Positions 46,360-57,184 are shown, counted from the first letter of the stretch. The stretch: DNA of 64,000 nucleotides from Salinivirgaceae bacterium (GCA_050251815.1 JBFWMB010000012.1:6234-70233); one strand, 5' to 3'. Program-made: numbers and translations. Notes: generated from the sequence alone by a model not told the origin.

Positions 46360-49300
46360 TTGAAAAGACAATACCTAAGCATAGCAATAACACTTTTTTT
46401 TGCCGGGAACTTTTTAAATGGTTGGGCACAAACCCAAGCCGATTCCATAAAGTTGCCTTATTCCCTTACACCACAAAGTCAAAACCCTTACGATACCCGA
46501 AGACCTTCGTCGAATATTGATTTTAAAACCGACGAACTGATTACCACCGAGATTGTGTACGACGAGAAAACCAATCAATACGTGGTTCAGAAAAAAATTG
46601 GAAACGTTGTTTTGGGGGCTCCTTATACCATGAATTTTGAGGAGTTTCAACAATACAATGTACAGCAAAATCTGAAAAAGTACTGGGATCAACGCTATAA
46701 AAGTGAATCTTTTGAGCATCAGTCGTCGCTTATTCCAAAAATAAATATTGGAAGCGAAGCGTTCGAAACCATCTTCGGAAGCAACACCATTGACATTAAG
46801 CCCAGTGGTTCTGCTGCATTAAAATTTGGAATAAAAATCACCAATTCCGAAAACCCCAACCAGCATGTCGATTTGCGCCGAAACACCACCTTCGATTTTA
46901 AGGAAGAGATTCAGATGAGTGTGGTAGGTAAAATTGGTGACAACCTGGAGATGCGTGTTAGTTATGATACCGAGAGCCAGTTCGATTTCGATAATACCAT
47001 GAACCTTCGTTATCAGGGTAAGGAAGACGATATTCTGCAAAAAATTGAAGCGGGCGATGTGAGCATGCCGCTTTCAACTTCTCTGATATCTGGAAGCCAA
47101 AGTTTATTCGGGATTTTAACCGAGATGAAATTTGGAAATCTTTACGTCACCAGTATTTTTTCGCAACAGGAAGGCGAAACCAAAACCATTCTGGTTGAAG
47201 GCGGTGCCCAAAAAAGTAGCTACAATCTTTCGGCTATTGATTACGACAGAAACCGACACTTCTTTTTGTCGCATTATTTCCGCACTCATTACGATGAGTG
47301 GCTGGCCAATCTGCCCATGATAAATTCGCCCATCAATATTACAAAAATTGAAGTCTGGGTGACCAATTCAAAAAAAGAAACCTCGGGGGCACGAAACATT
47401 ATGGCCTTTATGGATTTGGGCGAAGAAAAAGCAACGCAAGTTTTTTATAATAACAACGAATTTGTGTTGCTCGATCCTGCTATAACTACTTACAATAGCA
47501 AGTTCCCCACAAATAAAGCCAACAGTTTGTACCAGCAGGTTGCCGACACCCAGGCAAATCCGGGTATCCGAAACATAAATATGGTTTCGCGTATTTTAAA
47601 CAGCCTTAATTTTGAAGGTGGAAAACACTACGAAAAGGTAGAATACGCACGTAAGCTGGGGCCCAACGAATTTACCCTTAACGAACGGCTGGGTTATATT
47701 TCGCTGAATTTGTCGCTAAACAGCGATGAGGTTTTGGCCGTAGCCTATGAATACACCGCCAATGGCGATACTTATAAGGTGGGTGAGTTTTCGCAGGATG
47801 GTATCATTCATCCCGATGTGCTGGTAACAAAACTTTTAAAGGGGACCAATTTTAATCCCCTGCTGCCCAACTGGAAACTGATGATGAAAAACGTGTATTC
47901 CATTGGCGGATACCAGCTGAGTCAGGAAGATTTTCGCTTTGAGGTGGAGTATTATGACGACAATATTGGAACCCGGGTTTTAAATATCCCCAATTCCGAA
48001 CAGGACGAGAAGTTTATCCGGTTTCTTAACCTCGATAATCTGAATTCTCAAGGCAATTTTATTGAAACCGGCGATGGCGTGTTTGATTTTGTGGAAGGAG
48101 TAACTATTTTATCGCAAACCGGGCGCATAATTTTCCCCGTGGTGGAACCTTTTGGTCGTTATCTAACACAAAATATTGAAGACGATGGTCTGGCTGAGCG
48201 GCTTACTTACCAGGCCTTGTACGATTCTACTCAATTTAAAGCCAAACAAATCACCTCAAAAAACAAGTTTTTTTTGAGTGGCGATTACAAATCATCGGGA
48301 GGCTCTGAGATATTTTTAAACTCATTTAATATTCCCCAGGGTTCGGTAAAAGTTACTGCTGGAGGTATTGTGTTGCAAGAGAATCTCGATTATTCGGTCG
48401 ATTACAATTTGGGTCGGGTAAAAATACTGAACGAAAGTTACCTTGCTTCGGGCACGCCCTTAAAAATATCGCTCGAAAGCAACGCTCTGTTTAGCATTCA
48501 AAGCAAAACCCTGATGGGAACCCATTTCGACTACCGTTTTAACAGCGATTTTAATCTGGGGGCTACCATTATGAATCTTACCGAGCGGCCTCTTACTCAA
48601 AAGGTGAATATGGGCGACGAACCCATAAATAATACCATTTGGGGATTAAACGGTTCGTACCGTACCGACGTTCCTTTTCTTACCCGATTGATTGATCGCC
48701 TGCCTTTTCTTGAAACCAAAGAGATGTCGTCGATAACTGTTGAGGGTGAATTTGCCCATTTAATACCGGGACATAACAAAGCCATTGGTAGCAATGGTAA
48801 TGCATTTATCGACGATTTTGAAGGAAGTGAATCCAGCATTGATTTACGCAGCCGGGTGGGCTGGGTTTTATCCAGTATTCCGCATGATAAAGAAGTTTTT
48901 CCTGAATCGGACGACTTTAGCGGGTTAAGTTCAGGATACAACCGCGCCCTTTTGGCCTGGTATCAGATTGATCCCTTATTCTTTCGTTCCACGTCAACGA
49001 TAAACGTAAGCGATGAACAGCTTTCCAGCTTGCAGGTTTACCGGGTAAACGAACGGGAAATTTACCCAAACCGCGATACGCCAAGTGGTCAACCCACAGA
49101 GATTACAACTCTCGACCTGGCCTTTTATCCTGAAGAAAGAGGTCCGTATAACTTTGATACCGAACCAACAGTACATTCTGCCGGGATAAATAGTCAGGGA
49201 AAACTGAACAATCCTGAAACTCGGTGGGCCGGAATAATGCGGGAATTAAACACCAAGGATTTTGAAGCCCAAAATGTGGAATACATCATGTTTTGGATGA

Positions 49301-52300
49301 TGGATCCTTTTGTTGAGGGCGACACGCTGAATCCGGGAGGAAAACTAAACTTTAACCTGGGAAATATATCAGAAGATATTCTAAAAGACGGCCGGAAAAG
49401 TTATGAAAACGGTCTGCCTACCGGAAATCCTCCTGCTGCAGACTCATACATAGAGACGCAATGGGGTAGGGTTCCTGCATTTCAGGCGGTAACTACCGAA
49501 TTTGTTCAGGATGCTGACCTGCGTATTCGCCAGGATGTCGGGTTCGACGGGCTGAGCGGAACTTTAATAAACGAAGCTACCGGCATGACTGACGAACAGG
49601 AATTTCATGCAGTTTATCTGAATTACATCAGTCAAAATGTAAGTGACGAAACTCAAAAAGCCAACATTCTGGCCGACCCTGCTGGCGATGATTTTCGTTA
49701 TTTTCGTGGTGCAACATATGATTCAGACGAACCTGACATTTTGGAGCGTTATAAAAAATTCAGTAATTCTGAGGGTAATACTCCGGTAAACGATAACGCC
49801 AATGTGGAATACACTACCACAGGGCAGGTAAATCCAGATGTGGAAGATATTAACGAAGATTTTACCTTGAGTGAAGGAGAATCGTACTTTCATTATACCA
49901 TCGATTTGAGAAAGGAGAACTTAAAAGTAGGTAGCGGTTATATAACCGATGCGCTTACTTCGAACGTTGAAATGAAAGATGGCTCACGCAAAGAAGTTAC
50001 CTGGTATCAGTTTAAAGTACCCATAAATAACCCCGATTTTAAGGTGGGAACCATTCAGGATTTTAAATCCATCCGCTTTATACGTATGTTTATGAATGAA
50101 TGGAGTGAAGATGTGGTACTTCGTTTTGGCGCTTTGGAGCTGGTGCGTAGTGAATGGCGAAAGTACGATTATGCTATAAAGGAGGGCGGCGAATCAATTG
50201 GTAGTGGTGATGAAAGTCATGATCCAAACAACATTCCATTTACTGTTTCAACGGTTAACATCGAAGAAAATGGCAATCGAGCACCCATTCCCTATGTGCT
50301 TCCTCCGGGTGTTGACCGGCAGCAGGATCCGTCAAACCCGCAACTGCAAAAGCTGAACGAACAATCCATGACCCTAAAGGTTAACGGCCTTGAGGACGGA
50401 TACGCCAAAGCAGTTTATAAAACCCTGAATATGGATATGCGTGACTATGGCAAGTTGCAAATGTACATTCATGCCGAAAGCATGTTCGACGATTATCGTA
50501 TTGTAAATGATTATGATGTATCGTGTTTTGTGCGCCTTGGTGCCGATTTTACCGACAATTATTATGAATACGAGGTTCCCCTGAAGATAACTCCCTGGGG
50601 AAGTAGAAGCCGTGAAGACGTCTGGCCTGCTGAGAATAACCTGGAAGTTGATTTTGAAGAGCTGGTAAATGCTAAACTCGACCGGAATAAAGCCATGCGC
50701 AGAGCAAATTCAGAAGTTTCATATGTTGATGCCTACACGTATTATACCCAGTCGGGCAAACGAATTATTGTGAAAGGAAATCCAAACCTGGCCAACGTGA
50801 ATACCCTGATGATAGGTTTAAAGAACCCTAAAGCCAAATTCAATAACCTGGTTGACGACCGGAATGAAAAATCGGTTGAAGTATGGGTAAATGAATTGCG
50901 TTTGACCGATTTCGATGAAAAAGGGGGTTGGGCTGCAACCGGACGTGTAAGTGCCCGTCTGGCCGATTTTGGAACCCTGTCGGTTGCCGGAAGTACCACC
51001 CAACCTGGATTCGGAAGCATTGAACAAAGCGGGCAGGAGCGTGCCAAAGAAGAAACCAATCAGATTGATGTGGCTACCAACCTGGAGTTGGGTAAATTTT
51101 TCCCCAAAGAAGCTAATGTGCGTATTCCTATGTTTTTGGGTTATTCGCGAACAGCCATCAATCCCGAATACAACCCACTGGACCAGGATGTCAAACTTGA
51201 AACAAGCCTGAAGGACGAAAGCTTAACAAAAGCCGAAAAAGAAGAATTGGTGAAACAGGTTCAGGATTTAACCGAACGTAAAAGCTTAAACTTTACCAAT
51301 GTGGGCATTGGCCGTTCCGGAAAAGGCAAAACACGCTTTTATTCTCCCTCAAATCTTAGTGCAACCTATGCCTATAGCGAGCTGGCTCACCGCGACGTTG
51401 GGGTTAAATACAATACCGTTAAAACTTATATGGGGGCATTGAATTATGTGTACAACAATCAACCTAAAAACTACACGCCGTTTAAAAAGGTGAAGTTGCT
51501 AAATAAGCCTGCCTTTAAACTCATTGGCGATTTTAATTTTTATCTGGCCCCTCAGCAGGTTTCGTATCGTTCTACCATGAACCGGAAATACAGCGAAACC
51601 CAATTGAGGAACCTGAATAATCCGGAACAGATTTTTACGCCTACTTACGATAAAAATTTTTATTGGACCAATCAGTTCGACATTAAATACAATTTCTCGA
51701 GGGGATTGAAGTTTACCTTTACTACCAACACCAATGCGCTTATTGAAGAACCCGACGGCCTGATTTTAAAAGAAACCTACGACGAATACAAAAAGGAAGT
51801 GTGGCAGTCGATCCGGAGTTTTGGCGCACCCAATACTTACAATCAAAAGTTTGATGCCACTTACACTTTACCTATTAATAAAATTCCGCTACTCGATTTT
51901 GTTTCGGCCAATGCCCGCTATGCAGCTACTTACGATTGGAAAGTTGGAGCAAGGCTTAAGGAAGGCGACCTGGGCAACACCATAAAAAACACCCAGCAAA
52001 TTACCCTGAACGGGCAGTTTAACATGGATCGGCTATATAATAAAGTGGGTTTCATCGATAAAATTGACAAAAAATACAAACGTCCAAAGCAGCAACGTAA
52101 AAAACCAACTATTGAAGATGTTAAATATGTGCAGGAAGGGGTTCGTTTTAAAGGCGGTACTCCACGTCGTATTAGTCACAACCTGGGAACTCAGAATAAT
52201 ATTGTAGTTAAAGCAAAAGTTGCCGGAGGAATAGAAGTTAAGACCGATGTTGAAATACTAAGCGAAAACCGGGTTTCAGTTACCCTGGAACGCGATGCCG

Positions 52301-53769
52301 AAGAGGTAACCATTGAAGTTACCGGGAAAAAAGAGAAACATGATAACCTGTTTGTAGTTGGTTTGGAGCATATTGTTTTGGGAGTAACCGGGATTAAACA
52401 GGTTTCCGGAACGTTTACCCAAACCCGGGGAACCGCACTATATGGATATACCAAAGACCATAGTTTTGGCTCGCTTTATAAGGACCCCGGATTGCCGTTT
52501 ATTTTTGGCTGGCAGGACGAGGGCTTTGCCCTGAAAACGGCTTTAAACGAGGGGATAATTAAAGATGCCCGCTTGGTTTCGCCTTATACCATGACCGACA
52601 ATATAGCCTGGAACTTTAAAACCACGTATCAGCCGGTTCGCGATTTACGCATTGACTTTACCGGTCAACGAAGCGAAACTGAGATTATGACCGAATATTA
52701 TTTACCCAGGGACTTTAATAAACCCGACCGCCAGGACAGAATGCAAAGTGGTTCGTACAATACCAATATCTGGATGCTGGGTTCGGCTTTTGCCAAAAAA
52801 CCCGATTTGGATAATTTACAATCGGAGGCTTTTTTACAATATAAAAGGAATCTGTATGCTGTTGCTAATCGCCTGGCAGCCGGGAGGGTGCAAAATAATA
52901 TAGATAAAAATTTAGGCTACGACTATGCACCGGTTTATTCCGATTCGATTTTCCCCCAGGGTTTCAACAGTACCAATCCCGATGTGGCCTTGCCTGCATT
53001 TCTGGCGGCCTATACCAATGTGAATGCATCAAACGTTAGATTAAACTTTGCCAGCTGGGCTTTTTTCCGTCCTTCGTGGCGGGTTAAATACGACGGATTA
53101 AAGAACGTTGATTTCCTGGCCAAATATTTTAAAAATATTTCTTTATCGCATGGGTATAATGCAGCTTTTACCGTAGGTGGTTTTAAAACCAATCTGGCTT
53201 ACAACTTTGACGATGCAAATGATCCGAATATTGGCATGTCGTGGGCTGTTGGCGGAACCGATTCGGCCTTATTTGTATCGCAGTACGATATTTCGAGTTT
53301 TGCAGCTACCGAACAGTTTATTCCTTTGTTCGGTGTCGATGTTACCTGGAAGAACAACATTTTGACTCGGTTTGAATACAAAAAAACCCGGAATCTGACC
53401 ATGAGCTTGGTTAATAACCAGATGGTTGAGGTTTATACCTGGGAATACACCATCGGGAGCGGTTACCGTTTCGATAAACTAAAAATAATTGTAAACCAGA
53501 AACCCATTGTCAGCGATTTAAACCTGAGGGCCGATGTAAGTATCCGTGATAACATTAGCATTACACACGATTTGTCGCAAAATAATCCCCAGGCAACACA
53601 GGGACAAAAAGTGGTAACCACAAAAATATCGGCCGATTACCGCCTGAGCGACAACCTGAACTTTCAGGCCTATTACGACCGAACACTTACTAATCCTAAA
53701 GTAGGTTCGTTTAAGACTGTAGTTACCGAATTTGGATTCCGTTTCCAGTTTACACTGGCGAATTTATAG
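46360..53769 (+). CDS. sprA: SprA, the large outer-membrane translocon of the type IX secretion system
   Basis: 2469 aa with a TTG start and a good signal peptide (KRQYLSIAITLFFAGNFLNGWAQ). The size and the beta-rich, Asn/Tyr-rich composition with a C-terminal barrel-like end are characteristic. gldH and T9SS cargo genes are in the same window. Confidence 0.85.
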   Translation: MKRQYLSIAITLFFAGNFLNGWAQTQADSIKLPYSLTPQSQNPYDTRRPSSNIDFKTDELITTEIVYDEKTNQYVVQKKIGNVVLGAPYTMNFEEFQQYNVQQNLKKYWDQRYKSESFEHQSSLIPKINIGSEAFETIFGSNTIDIKPSGSAALKFGIKITNSENPNQHVDLRRNTTFDFKEEIQMSVVGKIGDNLEMRVSYDTESQFDFDNTMNLRYQGKEDDILQKIEAGDVSMPLSTSLISGSQSLFGILTEMKFGNLYVTSIFSQQEGETKTILVEGGAQKSSYNLSAIDYDRNRHFFLSHYFRTHYDEWLANLPMINSPINITKIEVWVTNSKKETSGARNIMAFMDLGEEKATQVFYNNNEFVLLDPAITTYNSKFPTNKANSLYQQVADTQANPGIRNINMVSRILNSLNFEGGKHYEKVEYARKLGPNEFTLNERLGYISLNLSLNSDEVLAVAYEYTANGDTYKVGEFSQDGIIHPDVLVTKLLKGTNFNPLLPNWKLMMKNVYSIGGYQLSQEDFRFEVEYYDDNIGTRVLNIPNSEQDEKFIRFLNLDNLNSQGNFIETGDGVFDFVEGVTILSQTGRIIFPVVEPFGRYLTQNIEDDGLAERLTYQALYDSTQFKAKQITSKNKFFLSGDYKSSGGSEIFLNSFNIPQGSVKVTAGGIVLQENLDYSVDYNLGRVKILNESYLASGTPLKISLESNALFSIQSKTLMGTHFDYRFNSDFNLGATIMNLTERPLTQKVNMGDEPINNTIWGLNGSYRTDVPFLTRLIDRLPFLETKEMSSITVEGEFAHLIPGHNKAIGSNGNAFIDDFEGSESSIDLRSRVGWVLSSIPHDKEVFPESDDFSGLSSGYNRALLAWYQIDPLFFRSTSTINVSDEQLSSLQVYRVNEREIYPNRDTPSGQPTEITTLDLAFYPEERGPYNFDTEPTVHSAGINSQGKLNNPETRWAGIMRELNTKDFEAQNVEYIMFWMMDPFVEGDTLNPGGKLNFNLGNISEDILKDGRKSYENGLPTGNPPAADSYIETQWGRVPAFQAVTTEFVQDADLRIRQDVGFDGLSGTLINEATGMTDEQEFHAVYLNYISQNVSDETQKANILADPAGDDFRYFRGATYDSDEPDILERYKKFSNSEGNTPVNDNANVEYTTTGQVNPDVEDINEDFTLSEGESYFHYTIDLRKENLKVGSGYITDALTSNVEMKDGSRKEVTWYQFKVPINNPDFKVGTIQDFKSIRFIRMFMNEWSEDVVLRFGALELVRSEWRKYDYAIKEGGESIGSGDESHDPNNIPFTVSTVNIEENGNRAPIPYVLPPGVDRQQDPSNPQLQKLNEQSMTLKVNGLEDGYAKAVYKTLNMDMRDYGKLQMYIHAESMFDDYRIVNDYDVSCFVRLGADFTDNYYEYEVPLKITPWGSRSREDVWPAENNLEVDFEELVNAKLDRNKAMRRANSEVSYVDAYTYYTQSGKRIIVKGNPNLANVNTLMIGLKNPKAKFNNLVDDRNEKSVEVWVNELRLTDFDEKGGWAATGRVSARLADFGTLSVAGSTTQPGFGSIEQSGQERAKEETNQIDVATNLELGKFFPKEANVRIPMFLGYSRTAINPEYNPLDQDVKLETSLKDESLTKAEKEELVKQVQDLTERKSLNFTNVGIGRSGKGKTRFYSPSNLSATYAYSELAHRDVGVKYNTVKTYMGALNYVYNNQPKNYTPFKKVKLLNKPAFKLIGDFNFYLAPQQVSYRSTMNRKYSETQLRNLNNPEQIFTPTYDKNFYWTNQFDIKYNFSRGLKFTFTTNTNALIEEPDGLILKETYDEYKKEVWQSIRSFGAPNTYNQKFDATYTLPINKIPLLDFVSANARYAATYDWKVGARLKEGDLGNTIKNTQQITLNGQFNMDRLYNKVGFIDKIDKKYKRPKQQRKKPTIEDVKYVQEGVRFKGGTPRRISHNLGTQNNIVVKAKVAGGIEVKTDVEILSENRVSVTLERDAEEVTIEVTGKKEKHDNLFVVGLEHIVLGVTGIKQVSGTFTQTRGTALYGYTKDHSFGSLYKDPGLPFIFGWQDEGFALKTALNEGIIKDARLVSPYTMTDNIAWNFKTTYQPVRDLRIDFTGQRSETEIMTEYYLPRDFNKPDRQDRMQSGSYNTNIWMLGSAFAKKPDLDNLQSEAFLQYKRNLYAVANRLAAGRVQNNIDKNLGYDYAPVYSDSIFPQGFNSTNPDVALPAFLAAYTNVNASNVRLNFASWAFFRPSWRVKYDGLKNVDFLAKYFKNISLSHGYNAAFTVGGFKTNLAYNFDDANDPNIGMSWAVGGTDSALFVSQYDISSFAATEQFIPLFGVDVTWKNNILTRFEYKKTRNLTMSLVNNQMVEVYTWEYTIGSGYRFDKLKIIVNQKPIVSDLNLRADVSIRDNISITHDLSQNNPQATQGQKVVTTKISADYRLSDNLNFQAYYDRTLTNPKVGSFKTVVTEFGFRFQFTLANL

Positions 53770-53840
53770 TTGATGCTTAAAAACAATTTGAAAATAAGGG
53801 GTATTCTGTTCGCAGACACTCGTTTATTGCAAAAAACCAT

Positions 53841-53848
53841 TAATTTTG
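53841..53848 (+). promoter_or_regulatory. Candidate -7 promoter element (TAATTTTG) for gcvH
   Basis: It matches TAnnTTTG and lies 41 nt upstream of the gcvH ATG. This is a motif match only. Confidence 0.3.
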
Positions 53849-53888
53849 TAATTATTAAATAAATCCAAATAGCTAAAATAATATCGAT

Positions 53889-54266
53889 ATGAATGTTCCC
53901 GAAAATTTAATGTACACTGAAGATCACGAATGGATCAAAGTTGATGGTGATGAAGCGTTTATAGGTATAACAGAGTACGCGCAGCAGCAGTTGGGCGATG
54001 TGGTTTTTGTTGAGATTGAAACTGAAGGTGAATCGTTAGCCAAAGGTGACACTTTTGGTACCATTGAGGCCGTTAAAACTGTTTCTGACTTATTCATGCC
54101 AGTGGCTGGAGAAGTGCTTGAAGTAAACCCAAAATTGGAATCAACTCCGGAAATTGTAAATAGCGATCCCTACGGTGATGGCTGGATGATTAAAATTAAG
54201 ATAGAAAATCAGGACGAATTGACTGACTTATTATCGGCAGCAGCCTATAAAGAAACGATTGGATAA
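53889..54266 (+). CDS. gcvH: Glycine cleavage system protein H
   Basis: 125 aa with YTEDHEWI and the lipoyl-lysine motif IEAVKTVSD. Confidence 0.95.
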   Translation: MNVPENLMYTEDHEWIKVDGDEAFIGITEYAQQQLGDVVFVEIETEGESLAKGDTFGTIEAVKTVSDLFMPVAGEVLEVNPKLESTPEIVNSDPYGDGWMIKIKIENQDELTDLLSAAAYKETIG

Positions 54267-54286
54267 TTATAGAAAATCATATGCAG

Positions 54287-54311
54287 AGCCGGGCTTTTGT
54301 CCGGCTTTTTT
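54287..54311. terminator. Terminator between convergent gcvH and the ATL gene
   Basis: AGCCGG-gcttttgt-CCGGCT is followed by TTTTT. Confidence 0.7.
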
Positions 54312-54314
54312 ATG

Positions 54315-54680
54315 CTATTCAAAACCTTCCATTAATTCTTTATTTGGATCCCAGAATAGTTCCTGAAAATTGATAATGGTATCATCAATAACTGCAATTC
54401 CTTCGTTTGCTAAAAGTTCCTGCATGGTATTTGGGCCGCCAAAAAAATGCTTTCCGGTAAGCATTCCCTTTCGATTAACCACGCGATGTGCAGGTACGTA
54501 TATGGCTTGAGCATGCGAGCTGTTCATGGCATAACCTACCATTCGCGACGATTGCGCTGAACCCAGAAACCGGGCTATGGCACCGTAGGAGCTTACCCGT
54601 CCGGGTGGAATCAACCGGACTACCTGATAAACCCGTTCAAAGAAATCGTTTTCAAGCTTCGCCATCGAATTCCGGTTCAA
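54315..54680 (-). CDS. MGMT-fold alkyltransferase-like (ATL) protein lacking the acceptor cysteine
   Basis: 121 aa. It has the DNA-binding-domain pattern GRVSSYGAIARFLG...MVGYAM. VPAHRVVN replaces the catalytic PCHRV. Confidence 0.8.
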   Translation of the reverse strand: MNRNSMAKLENDFFERVYQVVRLIPPGRVSSYGAIARFLGSAQSSRMVGYAMNSSHAQAIYVPAHRVVNRKGMLTGKHFFGGPNTMQELLANEGIAVIDDTIINFQELFWDPNKELMEGFE

Positions 54681-55362
54681 TTAAAATCTTATTTTTTGGT
54701 AATTCGAACACAATATAATTGATGCGGTCGCCCTCATCGATATGAATTTGTTCGTAATGTGTTTGAATCGACAGAATTTCATCGGTCCACGATTCACCAT
54801 ATAAATTGGGCGTGTTTTTTATCACTTTTAACTGGTTAACCCGCACAACTTCGTTGGTATATTCATACAAAAAAGTACTGTCGGTTTTTAAATGAACCAG
54901 CGCCTTGTTTTTAATAAATTTTTGGTATCGCGACAAAAAGCCTGAGGAAGTAAGTCGTTTTTTGGCCCGTCGTTTTTTCATTTGAGGATCAGGGAAGGTT
55001 ATCCAGATTTCATCGACCTCGTTGGGAGCAAAAAACGAATTAATAACTTCAATTCGGGTACGAAGAAAGGCTACGTTTTTTAATCCTTCTTCAAAACTGG
55101 TTTTTGCTCCTTTCCAGATGCGCGCTCCTTTTATATCGACTCCGATAAAGTTTTTTTCTGGAAAAATTCGTGCCAGACCTACTGAATACTCACCTTTTCC
55201 GCATCCCAATTCAAGCACTAAAGGCTGCTTGTTTTTAAAAAATGTAGTGTTCCAGTTTCCCTTTAAGGCATGGTCACTGGCTACATGACCCTTTACTTCA
55301 GGTTCAATTACATGTTCAAAACGTGCATTATCCTGAAATTTTTTCAGTTTTCCTTTTCCCAC
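54652..55362 (-). CDS. trmB: tRNA (guanine46-N7)-methyltransferase
   Basis: 236 aa with the SAM motif VLELGCGKGEY and FPDPQMKKR. It overlaps the start of the downstream ATL ORF by 29 nt, or 14 nt if the second Met is used. Confidence 0.9.
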   Translation of the reverse strand: MGKGKLKKFQDNARFEHVIEPEVKGHVASDHALKGNWNTTFFKNKQPLVLELGCGKGEYSVGLARIFPEKNFIGVDIKGARIWKGAKTSFEEGLKNVAFLRTRIEVINSFFAPNEVDEIWITFPDPQMKKRRAKKRLTSSGFLSRYQKFIKNKALVHLKTDSTFLYEYTNEVVRVNQLKVIKNTPNLYGESWTDEILSIQTHYEQIHIDEGDRINYIVFELPKNKILIEPEFDGEA

Positions 55363-55374
55363 AATCAGTAATTG

Positions 55375-55860
55375 TTATTTTGCTCTTTCAATGCGTATTC
55401 CGGCGCTTGCAACATGTTTAAGTTCTTCGTCGCGCATGGCCTGTTCTAAATAAAAGGTGTATCTCCCCGAGTAGGGAAATTTTATGTTTTTACGATAGGG
55501 TATTTTGTTCGACCAGATGTTTCCGAATCCTTTGCCGAGCCATTTTCCGTTGGGTTCGGCCAGAATACATTCCAGCGTATCGCGAAGGGTGTTATTGTAA
55601 GGTATGTTGGTGGTTATAAAAAAGTACATGTTGCTGTATTTATACTGTCCACTAATGCGGTTGTTTATGTAAACATTATAAACGGACGTTGAATCAATAA
55701 TTTCTACCTCGAACTGTAAAACACTGTCTTTGTGCCAGGTTTCGTTAGCAAAATCAACATTTTGCTCATACAGCCTGTTGCTGTCGCAGGCTAATGCTAA
55801 TGCAATCAGAATTAGAAAAGCAATTGTATTAAGAATTTTCATTGGTGCAGATTCATTCAA
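55375..55860 (-). CDS. gldH: Gliding-motility/T9SS lipoprotein GldH
   Basis: 161 aa with lipobox LACDS. It has WHKDSV...YNVYIN...NG.WLGKGFG...GIRIE blocks, as I recall them from Flavobacterium GldH. It lies downstream of a PSP1-domain gene. Confidence 0.65.
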   Translation of the reverse strand: MNESAPMKILNTIAFLILIALALACDSNRLYEQNVDFANETWHKDSVLQFEVEIIDSTSVYNVYINNRISGQYKYSNMYFFITTNIPYNNTLRDTLECILAEPNGKWLGKGFGNIWSNKIPYRKNIKFPYSGRYTFYLEQAMRDEELKHVASAGIRIERAK

Positions 55861-55870
55861 TTTGATGCAA

Positions 55871-57022
55871 TTATTTATTTGTTTTCGGATTATCGTGGCG
55901 TTTAAAGGGTTTTTTGCGTCGGTTCGATTTTTTATTTTTCACTTTACCTTTATCAAAACGGGTAAGGCTTTCCTGTCCCACTACATTGGAAAAATCGAGA
56001 CTGGTTGGATCGGTCGGAGCCTGGGTTTTAATAATAGTTACCTCAGCGGTTTTTCCGTTTTTATTTTGTTCAATAATGTCATGAATTTTTTCTACAGCTA
56101 ATGGAATTATTCCATTGCCTCCTTCAAGCGCGTACCACATAATATGGCGAAATACATCGGTTTTAACATAGTTTGCCCGACCTAAATTAGTGTTTAGTGT
56201 AACTTCGGTTGGAGGAAAATCTTTACGCTCGTCCATGTAAGAATCTATCTCATAATTCAGGCAGCATTTAAGTTTGCCACATTGACCAGCTAATTTCTGT
56301 GGGTTTAACGATAGTTCCTGATAGCGGGCTGCATTGGTGGTAACCGAAATAAAATTGCTTATCCAGGTTGAACAACAAAGTTCACGACCGCAGGAACCAA
56401 TTCCACCTATGCGGCCGGCTTCCTGTCGGGCTCCAATCTGGCGCATCTCAACCCGTATTTTAAAGCGGTCGGCAAGTACTTTTATCAACTGCCTGAAATC
56501 GACCCGTTCGTCGGCAATATAATAGAATATTGCTTTGGTTTTGTCGCCCTGATATTCCACATCGCCAATTTTCATATCCAGTTTTAGATCGCTGCTTATT
56601 TGACGCGAAGCAATCATGGTTTCCTCTTCCATTTCAATGGCTTCTTTCCATTTTTCAATGTCGTTGGGTTTTGCTTTGCGGTAAATAACCTTAAAGGTTT
56701 CGTCGGGCGAAATACGCAATTTCTTCAGTTGATACAATACCAGGGGGCCTTTTAAGGAGATGATTCCAATATCGTGTCCCGGCGATGCTTCAACGGCAAC
56801 AATGTCGCCGGTGTTTAATCGCAAATCGCTTGAATTATAGAAATAACCTTTACGGGTGTTTTTAAAACGGACTTCGTACAGCTCTTCTTTTTTAATTCCC
56901 TTGGGAATTTCGTTTAGCCAATTAAAGATGTTGAGCTTTCCCGAATAGGCAATTTTTAGGTTCGACGTTATTTCCGGATCGATATATTTTAAGGGGCATC
57001 CTCTGGTATAATTATCGTGCAT
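55871..57022 (-). CDS. PSP1-domain protein (RicT/YaaT-like)
   Basis: 383 aa. It has a Cys-rich PSP1 core (GSCGRELCCSTW...GQCGKLKCCLNYE) and a basic C-terminal tail. Confidence 0.85.
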   Translation of the reverse strand: MHDNYTRGCPLKYIDPEITSNLKIAYSGKLNIFNWLNEIPKGIKKEELYEVRFKNTRKGYFYNSSDLRLNTGDIVAVEASPGHDIGIISLKGPLVLYQLKKLRISPDETFKVIYRKAKPNDIEKWKEAIEMEEETMIASRQISSDLKLDMKIGDVEYQGDKTKAIFYYIADERVDFRQLIKVLADRFKIRVEMRQIGARQEAGRIGGIGSCGRELCCSTWISNFISVTTNAARYQELSLNPQKLAGQCGKLKCCLNYEIDSYMDERKDFPPTEVTLNTNLGRANYVKTDVFRHIMWYALEGGNGIIPLAVEKIHDIIEQNKNGKTAEVTIIKTQAPTDPTSLDFSNVVGQESLTRFDKGKVKNKKSNRRKKPFKRHDNPKTNK

Positions 57023-57184
57023 TCTTTCGAAATATTTAATTCTTAGATGGTTTGTTTGCTGAAAAACAACGGGTAAAGATAATAAAATATTATATGGTAA
57101 GAAGCCGGCCGAAAGCGAAGCATTATTTTTTGTACTTATTTATATCAAGTCTACGCTGTATTTTTATTTTCAGCAACTGCCGTT

